In this document: piece after piece, positions 44,419-51,607 of the stretch
Layout: every line of letters begins with the position of its first letter
Numbering within the stretch: the stretch's first letter is position 1
Virus record (IMG/VR): IMGVR_UViG_3300012940_000032
Coordinates: 1 to 51,607 of that record
Strand: one strand, 5' to 3'
Source: a virus
Taxonomy: Duplodnaviria; Caudoviricetes
DNA: 51,607 bases
Translations under genes and position numbers: made by a program
The notes under the pieces: model-generated
What the model was told of the DNA's origin: nothing
Seen by the model: only the letters and a program-made list of their open reading frames with translations
Database searches by the model: none

Positions 44419-45186
44419 CTAGGATACGTCAATGAATGTCGCGTCAGCCGAAAGCTGGAACGCGAAGTTGTACTCCAGGGTGAGATCGTTGAAACTCACG
44501 ATGGGGCACCCGCGACCCCGAAGAGGAGTCGTAGCCTGGCCAATCTCCAACTGAACCTTGGACATCGAATAGACCGAGCCAGAGTTCACGGTACCTGTCA
44601 GGCGAGGAACGACGTAAGCTGAAAGAGCAGGAGCCGTTCCATTCACCGAGAGGTTCCAAGCAGTAGAGCTTGGAGTACCAGTTGGGCCGGTTGTGGACGA
44701 GATCAGCGTCGTCTTGTCTGCCTTGTACCAGTCAAGGAACGAGCTGAGTGTTACCCCAGTTCCGCTGGCCAGAAGAACAGAAGCCTGAAAGCTCCAGTTC
44801 TGACCCGCCATTACCGGAGTGCCGACGCCGGAATAGAGTCCAGACTGAGGCAGGAAGCGATAAGCCTGGCTTCCGGTATACGCCGGTGCCCACGGGATGT
44901 AGCTTGGGCTCGCGTAGTTCCACCGACCGTACTTGGAGTACGGGTGAAGAACCCACGGACCAATGCCCTCGTAGTACTGCTCCAGTATATCATACTCTTC
45001 CGGAGAAAGATAGTTGGGCCCCCCACCCCACGACAGCTTGTATTCGCGTGCCGTGGAGCCGGGGTAATCCGTACGATTACGTCCACCAAGAGTGACGTGG
45101 GTTCCGCCATTCTTGGATGCCGAGGCGGTTACGCCTGGCTTAGGATCTGGGATCTCAACGAGATTCCCAGGCTTGCCCAAGTACAT
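44419..45186 (-). CDS. Minor tail protein (Dit-like, carbohydrate-binding insert)
   Basis: Directly after tape measure. Confidence 0.7.
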   Translation of the reverse strand: MYLGKPGNLVEIPDPKPGVTASASKNGGTHVTLGGRNRTDYPGSTAREYKLSWGGGPNYLSPEEYDILEQYYEGIGPWVLHPYSKYGRWNYASPSYIPWAPAYTGSQAYRFLPQSGLYSGVGTPVMAGQNWSFQASVLLASGTGVTLSSFLDWYKADKTTLISSTTGPTGTPSSTAWNLSVNGTAPALSAYVVPRLTGTVNSGSVYSMSKVQLEIGQATTPLRGRGCPIVSFNDLTLEYNFAFQLSADATFIDVS

Positions 45187-45188
45187 GC

Positions 45189-47729
45189 TTACCGCCTCGC
45201 ATTCTTCTTGTTGCCCTTGGTCACAACCTTGGCAATCTTCTGGCCATCGGCCACCAGAGTGACCTCGATTGGCTGGGAGTCGATCGAACCCTGGATCTCG
45301 TGGAGAACCGCAGCGTCCACGGTACCCGACGCGTAGCTACCGGTCACCAGTCCGCCAAGCACGTTGGCGGCGTCTGCCACCGACGAGTAGGAGTCCTGGA
45401 TACCAAGCACCAGGCCCTGACCAGTGTATCGGCCATACTCCCGCATCACCCGGGAAGGAGAGTGGATACCCAGCAGGCCAGCAACACCCTTCGGGATCAG
45501 ACTGGCCAGATAGCTGGCTGCCTGCGACACGTACCGAGCCATCCCGTAGAGACCATTGACCAGCCCCTGCACAGCAGCCTGACCAATGCCAGACATAGCG
45601 CTGGACAGACCGTTCCGAGCTGCGTTGACCACCGCGTTCTTCACACGGGAGCCACCGGAGGTTGCGGAGGAGATCCGGCTCAGGATGCCAGACAGGATTC
45701 GGCCAGGAATGCCGATGGCGTAGTTGTAGATCAAGCCGGGAAGGGCCTTGATCCCATTGACCACCGCGTTCTTCAAAGCAGTCCCGCCCGACGAGGCCAG
45801 GCTCAGGTTCTGCTTGATGCCAGACCAGAGCTTCTGCGGTAGAGTCAGACCGAACCCCAGAACCTTGGCGGGGATGCCACCCAGACCCTTGTTGATCGCG
45901 TTCCAGATGATGGAGCCCAGAGAGGCAGCAATAGACAGGTTCTGCTTCACCCCGTTGACCAGCCCCTCAACCATGGAGTTGCCAATCAGGGTAGTGGCCA
46001 CTACCAGGTTCTTAACCGCGCCTGGGAATGCCTTGACGTTGTTGACCAGGTCATCGATCGCCTTGCCCATCCCGTAGATCAAGAGGATGGACGAACCCCA
46101 GTACTCACCGATAGTCCAGCTTGCCAGGTCTGTGAGCCAGTGCATGACCTGCGCCAGGGGCGCCGTGTACTCACTCAGCTTGGCGATAGACTTCACAACC
46201 TTGTCGAAGTCCTTAACGAACCCGGGTAGGTACGGGAGGACGTTATCGACAATCTCGTCCAGAGAGTCCTTCAGGTCATCCAGGGCCTTGCCCGAATCCT
46301 TCTGGGCGAACACCTTGGCGATGCCAGCAGCCAGCCGGGTAGCGGGCTCAACCAGGGCGTCAATGAGCTTGCCCAGGTTGCGGAACATGTCGTCCAGCTC
46401 ACCACTAGACTCAGCCGACTTCACCCACTTATCGAACTGGGTGGCCAGCTTGGTGGCGTAGTAGGCCCCCTGCTGAAGGAACGGTAGAGCGTCGTCTGTC
46501 AGGCGAGAGAAGGCGTCCGCCAGAGGGTCCACGCCCTTGGCCAGGTGATCGATGACCCGAGAGGTCTGGTCAAAGATGGACTTGGTACGCTCAATGGCGT
46601 CCTGGGTGCTGGCCCACTTCGTGAACTTGCCAACCAGGCGACCCAGCGAACCAGCCATATTGTCCAGGCCCTGACGGGCGATAGGGATGTAGGTGTTGCC
46701 CAGGGACTTGAGGTCGTCCGCAAAGCCAGAGAAGAAGCTCTGCTGGATCTCCTTGCCCATACCCTTGACAGCATCCTTCATGCCCACGATGGACGTAACG
46801 GCTGTCTGGGCTGCCGGGGCGAGCTTCTTGAGAGCATCCTCGTAGCCCTTGGAGCCCTTCCAGCCGGCCACAATAGCGTCCTGTACGCCATTGAGAGACA
46901 CGAGTAGAGCCCCTGCCCCGACGCTGACTACCGAGATGGCGGCCGGAATGCCCAGGAGTGCAGCTTCCAAACCGCCGATAGCCAGGGTGATTCCACCAAT
47001 GGCGGCGGAGATCAAAGCCCCACCAAACACAACCAGGAGGCTGACACCAAGAAGCGAGGCCACCTGCTGTACATTCGACAGGTAGGAACCGAACTTGCTG
47101 ATCTGCTCGTTGACCTTCTTGAATGCCGCCTGGCCCTCGTTGGCGAAGGCATCCCAGGTCTGGGTTGCCACCTCGCCAATGGCGTTACCGATAGCGGAAG
47201 CAGCCTTGACACCGAGACCAGCAGCATCCGAGATGAAGCCCCTGAAGCTGTTCTTGTCCGTCTTGACCGGGACCGTGACAGCAGCCTCACGGGCAGCGAA
47301 CTTGATCTCCAGCTTGGTCTTCTCCAGGCTGGCATGGTCGATGCCGAACTTGAAGTCAATCTCGGGGGTGCCGAACTGGGTGGCGATGTACTTCTCGATG
47401 TTGAGCTTGGAAGTTTCCAGCTTAGGCTTGAGAGGGAAGGTGACATCGCGGGAGATAGACTTGGCAAGAGCCTGCGACTCAGCGAAGACCTTCTTGGCGT
47501 CCAGGTCAGCCTGGAGGTGAACCTCGGCCACCTTGCTGGCCGCCTTGGCAGCTTCGAGGGCAGCCGCGACAGCCTCAGCCTTGAACTTGGTCTCATCGAA
47601 CTTGAGATCGACCTTCACCTCAAGCTTGGGGTTGATACGCTCCAGCTCTGCCTTGAGCTGAGCCTTGAAGTCGGAAAGATCGGGGAAGACCTTGACGGCA
47701 AGCTTGCCGATAACAGACCTACCAGCCAT
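45189..47729 (-). CDS. Tape measure protein
   Basis: 846 aa Ala/Gly-rich; ALKKLAPAAQ and LGIHSPSRVM motifs. Confidence 0.92.
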   Translation of the reverse strand: MAGRSVIGKLAVKVFPDLSDFKAQLKAELERINPKLEVKVDLKFDETKFKAEAVAAALEAAKAASKVAEVHLQADLDAKKVFAESQALAKSISRDVTFPLKPKLETSKLNIEKYIATQFGTPEIDFKFGIDHASLEKTKLEIKFAAREAAVTVPVKTDKNSFRGFISDAAGLGVKAASAIGNAIGEVATQTWDAFANEGQAAFKKVNEQISKFGSYLSNVQQVASLLGVSLLVVFGGALISAAIGGITLAIGGLEAALLGIPAAISVVSVGAGALLVSLNGVQDAIVAGWKGSKGYEDALKKLAPAAQTAVTSIVGMKDAVKGMGKEIQQSFFSGFADDLKSLGNTYIPIARQGLDNMAGSLGRLVGKFTKWASTQDAIERTKSIFDQTSRVIDHLAKGVDPLADAFSRLTDDALPFLQQGAYYATKLATQFDKWVKSAESSGELDDMFRNLGKLIDALVEPATRLAAGIAKVFAQKDSGKALDDLKDSLDEIVDNVLPYLPGFVKDFDKVVKSIAKLSEYTAPLAQVMHWLTDLASWTIGEYWGSSILLIYGMGKAIDDLVNNVKAFPGAVKNLVVATTLIGNSMVEGLVNGVKQNLSIAASLGSIIWNAINKGLGGIPAKVLGFGLTLPQKLWSGIKQNLSLASSGGTALKNAVVNGIKALPGLIYNYAIGIPGRILSGILSRISSATSGGSRVKNAVVNAARNGLSSAMSGIGQAAVQGLVNGLYGMARYVSQAASYLASLIPKGVAGLLGIHSPSRVMREYGRYTGQGLVLGIQDSYSSVADAANVLGGLVTGSYASGTVDAAVLHEIQGSIDSQPIEVTLVADGQKIAKVVTKGNKKNARR

Positions 47730-47740
47730 GCTTCCCCTCC

Positions 47741-48118
47741 TTAAAAGAGATCATCGACATAGACAGCCTTTCGAGCCTTCATGTTGGACTGCGAGAGGGC
47801 TGGTGGAAGAACGGGCTGAGGAGGCTTGACCTTCTTCTTGGAATGTGCTTGAATGTACGAAGCGGCCAGGCCATTCACCCCGTTGAGTACCTGGGAGAGC
47901 AGAAGGTTGGTGAGATTCCAGTGACCGCCCTGGAGTTCAGGGTCACGCCGGACAGCAGAATCATCGGGCAACTGCTCGCAAAGCCACAGAATCTCCCTGG
48001 GGGAGAGACGACAAGAGGCACGGAACACGTCCACCAGATCGACTCCGATGGAGTACAGGTCGTAGTAGAGCGCGCTGCCGTGCCTCTCAATAAGCCTTAC
48101 GAGCCCGATGCTTCCCCC
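47741..48118 (-). CDS. Tail assembly chaperone frameshift extension (-1 frame)
   Basis: Frame open from slippery GGGGGAA: GGSIGLVRLIERHGSALYYDL..GVDL. Confidence 0.8.
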   Translation of the reverse strand, partial: GGSIGLVRLIERHGSALYYDLYSIGVDLVDVFRASCRLSPREILWLCEQLPDDSAVRRDPELQGGHWNLTNLLLSQVLNGVNGLAASYIQAHSKKKVKPPQPVLPPALSQSNMKARKAVYVDDLF

Positions 48119-48441
48119 ATCTGCACCGACTCGGCATACTGCTGGAAAACGGTCACCAGCATGTCAGCCGTCATCGGGTCCAGCCACGCCTTAGCGGCAG
48201 CCTGGTCATCCGCGACCTTGGTCAGAATCTCCCGGTAAAGCTTGGTCTGGCGCTTGAGGGTCTGGGCCGCCGACTCGTTCGGCACGTCCTCCTGACCCTG
48301 CTCCATCAGGTCAAGAACCTTGTCCCGGTCCCGCTCAGCCAAACGGAGGTACGCCTTGAAGACGGTAACTCCCTCAACAGTGAAGTCGCCATACTTCTGC
48401 TCAGCGAGCTTCTGAAGTGCCTCAACAGTGAAAGTAGCCAT
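48097..48441 (-). CDS. Tail assembly chaperone
   Basis: MATFTVEAL..AEQKY...VQMGEA; between tail tube and tape measure. Confidence 0.85.
   Translation of the reverse strand: MATFTVEALQKLAEQKYGDFTVEGVTVFKAYLRLAERDRDKVLDLMEQGQEDVPNESAAQTLKRQTKLYREILTKVADDQAAAKAWLDPMTADMLVTVFQQYAESVQMGEASGS
48112..48118 (-). other. Programmed -1 frameshift site GGGGGAA
   Basis: ATG GGG GAA near chaperone end; -1 frame continues to 47741. Confidence 0.8.
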
Positions 48442-48469
48442 GAGTGTGCCTCTCTTCCCGCGCCTGCAT

Positions 48470-48520
48470 GAATAGAAAGCTCTGGCTCCCCGAGGAGGCA
48501 CGGGTACTCGGGGAGCCAGA
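48470..48520 (-). terminator. Terminator/attenuator after major tail gene
   Basis: Perfect 14-bp TCTGGCTCCCCGAG/CTCGGGGAGCCAGA then GCTTTCTATT. Confidence 0.7.
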
Positions 48521-48524
48521 TGAA

Positions 48525-49121
48525 TCAGGAACCGGTGGCCTGGAGGGACACCTTGAACAGACCAGCGATCTCGTTAGCCTCGCCAGCCGAGTCCAGAATC
48601 GACGCAGAAACCGGCAGGCCCATGAAGTCGTCGGTCGCGGCCTCGGAGTTGTCCGAGCCCAGGATCGAGACCTTAGGCAGCCAGTACCACTTGCAACGAG
48701 TACCGGACGAGTGGATGATCTGGGCAAGCAGAACCTTCTGCTGGGCAGCCGGAACACGAGGCGCAATGAAGTTGCCATCCGTCTCGTCCACCGAGCCACC
48801 GCCGTAGTACAGCGACAGACCCAGGAAGTCCTGCTGAATCAGGGTGAAGCCCAGGGCATACGTAATCGGGGCAACCGACTCCTCCAGGTTAGGCGCCTGC
48901 CACGAACCATTCGTGGTCCGGTCACCACCATCACGAGTGATCGTCAGGGGCGAATCCTGCGAGGTGTGGCCAACCTCTTCGTAGCCACCGGTTGGGGTCC
49001 AAGCCAGCTCGTCGGCACTCGCACCCGTCTGGGGCAGGCTAGTCGGCTTAGGGGTGCCAAGGTCAGCCACGAAGTAGTGACCAGTATTGGCGATGTAGAC
49101 TTCGGACGAAGAAAGAGCCAT
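48525..49121 (-). CDS. Major tail (tube) protein
   Basis: 198 aa; VGHTS..PL...GGD...GSWQ L5 gp23-like motifs. Confidence 0.88.
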   Translation of the reverse strand: MALSSSEVYIANTGHYFVADLGTPKPTSLPQTGASADELAWTPTGGYEEVGHTSQDSPLTITRDGGDRTTNGSWQAPNLEESVAPITYALGFTLIQQDFLGLSLYYGGGSVDETDGNFIAPRVPAAQQKVLLAQIIHSSGTRCKWYWLPKVSILGSDNSEAATDDFMGLPVSASILDSAGEANEIAGLFKVSLQATGS

Positions 49122-49132
49122 CGAAGATCTCC

Positions 49133-49519
49133 TTACTCAACGTACATGGACATGGTGATATTGACTGCTCGGGTGAGGCTGGCTTCATTGGACACTGGGA
49201 TAGGAACAACCCCGGTGCCACCAGAGCAACCGAGTTCCCGCTTGAGAGTCCGTCTCACGTACGAGCCCTTTGCATAGGCATCCTCGATGCCCTTACTGGA
49301 GTAGATGTCGATGTCCAACAGCGGGTCATCCGCCAGGACATCCTGGAAGCTCTCCATGAAATCCCCGCCAAGGCGCTTGACCACCATCACGGGCTTGGTT
49401 GTGAGGATGGTGCCCATCTTGGCTGGGCGCTCCGGGTGAACCGAGAAGTCAGGCTCGAACACAGCCTTGATCTTGGCAAGCGCGATCTCCATGGCATCGT
49501 CGCCACTAGCAAAACTCAC
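49133..49519 (-). CDS. Tail terminator
   Basis: VVKRLGG motif; position before tail tube. Confidence 0.65.
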   Translation of the reverse strand: MSFASGDDAMEIALAKIKAVFEPDFSVHPERPAKMGTILTTKPVMVVKRLGGDFMESFQDVLADDPLLDIDIYSSKGIEDAYAKGSYVRRTLKRELGCSGGTGVVPIPVSNEASLTRAVNITMSMYVE

Positions 49520-49824
49520 AGCTCACCTCCGGCAACGCGAGTGAACGCCTTGACCCCCTCGGTACGCTTGCCGCCTGGGTCGTCGTTCCAGTAGTGGCCG
49601 AACTCCTTGGAGTAGGCGTTGGGGTCATTGGACACGATGTACCAGTCCACCCGGCCCTCTTCCACGTCGATGGACTCTTCGAACTCACCCGTGTTAGAGT
49701 GAGGGGCGATCTTAGCCTTAACGGCCTCTTCGACAAGCCCAGCGAAAGGACGGAGAGCAGCATGGAGTTGCTTGTTGTGGGCTACGACGGAGACTGCGTT
49801 GGCGTTGACGCTTGCCTTTCCCAT
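49516..49824 (-). CDS. Neck / head-tail joining protein
   Basis: VDWYIV..AYSKEFGH motif; position. Confidence 0.7.
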   Translation of the reverse strand: MGKASVNANAVSVVAHNKQLHAALRPFAGLVEEAVKAKIAPHSNTGEFEESIDVEEGRVDWYIVSNDPNAYSKEFGHYWNDDPGGKRTEGVKAFTRVAGGEL

Positions 49825-50177
49825 CAGTTCACCCGCCTTAGTGTGAGTTGAATGTGGTGGACTCGTCCCGTGGTGTTACCGTAGGCTTCCGGCTCACCCC
49901 GTACTTCAAAACTCCCGCCCTGGAGTACATTTGAAGACGTCCAGTCAATCTGAGCCCACGTGTTGAAGGCGGGAGTAGTAGGTGGGAGGAAGCAGGTGAA
50001 CTCCTCCACCGAGCGCTGGCCCATCTCACGCAGGATGATCGAGGTCGGCTCCGAAGAGCGACCGGGGAGGATGAACCCCTTGAGCTGGACAGGGTTATCA
50101 AGATCAGGAACCAGCCTATCCGCCCCGGATGGGTCCGGGATAGCGGGGTAGAGAGTCAGGTCATGAGGAAATCGCAT
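49824..50177 (-). CDS. Head-to-tail stopper
   Basis: FEVRGEP..HH motif; position. Confidence 0.75.
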   Translation of the reverse strand: MRFPHDLTLYPAIPDPSGADRLVPDLDNPVQLKGFILPGRSSEPTSIILREMGQRSVEEFTCFLPPTTPAFNTWAQIDWTSSNVLQGGSFEVRGEPEAYGNTTGRVHHIQLTLRRVN

Positions 50178-50180
50178 GGA

Positions 50181-50660
50181 TTACCACGACCAAACAGGGA
50201 TCGGGTCCGTGTCGTTATACGGCTGAGCGTAGACGTTCCGGCAGCCACGACCCTCGTAGTAGGAAGTCAAGCGGATAGAACGGACACCGCCAGCACCCCC
50301 TGCGATGCGCTCGATCTGCTTGATCTCGCCATCGGTGAGGAACAGGCCAACCGAGAAGTCCTTGGAGTAGCCGTAAGAGTACGATCCGTACGACTCGTTC
50401 TGGAAGCCATCCGGGTTGTTCAGGTAACGCATGGTGGCACGCAGGCAGATGACCTTGATGGCCGCTGGTGCCGTGGACACGTCAGACCAGGCAGTCTCGC
50501 TGCCAGCGACCTCCCTGATCAGGGCACTCACGTCCTCCAGAGCAAGTTCCGCCTGGTCCGTGTCCACCACATCGTAGCGAGCTTGCAGCTCCTCTAGGGT
50601 GGCCAGCGGGTCCAGATCGGAGGTCGAGCTGCCATCGTCTGGGAGATCTACGACGGGCAT
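50181..50660 (-). CDS. Head-to-tail adaptor
   Basis: LATLEEL..LEDVSALIR..NPDG..ESYGSYSY..LFLT; AAGGAGG RBS. Confidence 0.85.
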   Translation of the reverse strand: MPVVDLPDDGSSTSDLDPLATLEELQARYDVVDTDQAELALEDVSALIREVAGSETAWSDVSTAPAAIKVICLRATMRYLNNPDGFQNESYGSYSYGYSKDFSVGLFLTDGEIKQIERIAGGAGGVRSIRLTSYYEGRGCRNVYAQPYNDTDPIPVWSW

Positions 50661-50670
50661 AGGTGCCTCC

Positions 50671-51607
50671 TTATGGTGTGATGCCACTGACGGGTTCCAC
50701 CTTCAACACACCGCCATCGGTGTAGATTCGGTAGTAGTTAGCGTTGGTCCGGTCCTTCACAACGACGCCAGGAACCTTAGAATCCTTGTTGGACCCAGTA
50801 AACAGAAGGTCCGTATCTGGCATCTGAAGCATCTTGTCTTGATTTCGCTTAAGCTGCGTATTGCGGTTATTGCCGGCACCCCATGCCATGTCCCCGTTTG
50901 CCATGATGTTAAACCGGCGCAGAGTGTCGCCAACCATTCCGACTTGGAACGCACGAACGTTCGAAAGGGTCGATCCTGTTGGGGCTTCAACCCCGATCAT
51001 TGCCCCTGATCCTGGATTTGAATTCGTCCAGCGCACGACCATTGTTGGTTGGTCGTTATTGTTTTCCAGGTGCAGCCTGGCGGTCGGAGCAGAGCTACCC
51101 ATGCCCACGTATCCGTTGTCGGGCTTGACGTAGATATCATTCTCTACGAAAGCCCCTGAACTGTCGTAGCGAGCAAGGGTAAATGAGTTGTCCGAACCCT
51201 TTCCCAACGTCCATCGAGAGCCGGACCCGGCGACGTTAAACTTGATCTGCTGTGCTACGCCATCGGCGCCAACGAATACCGCCCCATCGGTCTGGTCGTA
51301 GGTAGTCGAGAAAGACGAGTCGGTCCCCGTCACGTTCCATCGACAACCAGGACCGATTGAAGCGGAGAATCCGGGGTCGTACAGCCCGGCGACCGTGCCG
51401 GACGCAATAACGCCGTTAAGGCTGATCTGACCACCGTTGGTGATCTTCACGCCGTAATCTGGGCTCACGAGCCCGGTGTTGTCGTCGCCCGCTGCGCAGT
51501 GCGTCGCGAACCCATTGACGACCACCGGGCAGTGCGGTGTACTGGCGCCCGTGCCGACGATCTCAAGGCCGGCGTACCCGCCTCTGTTGGTGTTGTCGTT
51601 GACGCCA
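50671..51607 (-). CDS. C-terminal part of beta-helix spike protein (runs off window end)
   Basis: Frame open from window end; beta-helix-like then GYVGMGSSAPTARLH fibre motif. Confidence 0.75.
   Translation of the reverse strand, partial: GVNDNTNRGGYAGLEIVGTGASTPHCPVVVNGFATHCAAGDDNTGLVSPDYGVKITNGGQISLNGVIASGTVAGLYDPGFSASIGPGCRWNVTGTDSSFSTTYDQTDGAVFVGADGVAQQIKFNVAGSGSRWTLGKGSDNSFTLARYDSSGAFVENDIYVKPDNGYVGMGSSAPTARLHLENNNDQPTMVVRWTNSNPGSGAMIGVEAPTGSTLSNVRAFQVGMVGDTLRRFNIMANGDMAWGAGNNRNTQLKRNQDKMLQMPDTDLLFTGSNKDSKVPGVVVKDRTNANYYRIYTDGGVLKVEPVSGITP

Noticed and set aside
48097-48118. Tail chaperone frameshift as a novelty
   Set aside because: Real, but a well-known conserved feature of long-tailed phages

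Overview
The window is an almost complete (~51.6 kb) genome of a tailed actinobacteriophage (siphovirus) with L5/R4-like architecture, opened inside a beta-helix spike gene (1-507 and 50671-51607; the two pieces do not join in frame, so some sequence is missing). Virion and lysis genes run on the minus strand: HNH, terminase, portal, MuF-like protein, scaffold, capsid, three fibre/spike genes, head-tail genes, tail tube, frameshifting chaperone, tape measure, minor tails, lysis. A candidate cos end lies near 9.74 kb. The plus strand carries a compositionally distinct early module (10.4-13.7 kb) and a replication/nucleotide/RNA-repair arm: sigma-like protein, two RNA ligases, PNK/phosphatase, PD-(D/E)XK exonuclease, primase-helicase, family A polymerase, NrdJ, ThyX, DUF5664. 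I found no integrase or repressor. The most striking content is non-coding. A promoter-driven RNA operon at 21.47-21.83 kb holds an 80-nt tmRNA reduced to its tRNA-like domain, an unknown pseudoknotted RNA and a tRNA with no anticodon loop. A second, minus-strand tRNA cluster (Trp, Phe, Met, Pro) is interleaved with two more unannotated structured RNAs and leads into a dCMP deaminase/Stealth-family operon. All calls come from reading motifs by eye; no database searches or folding programs were run.
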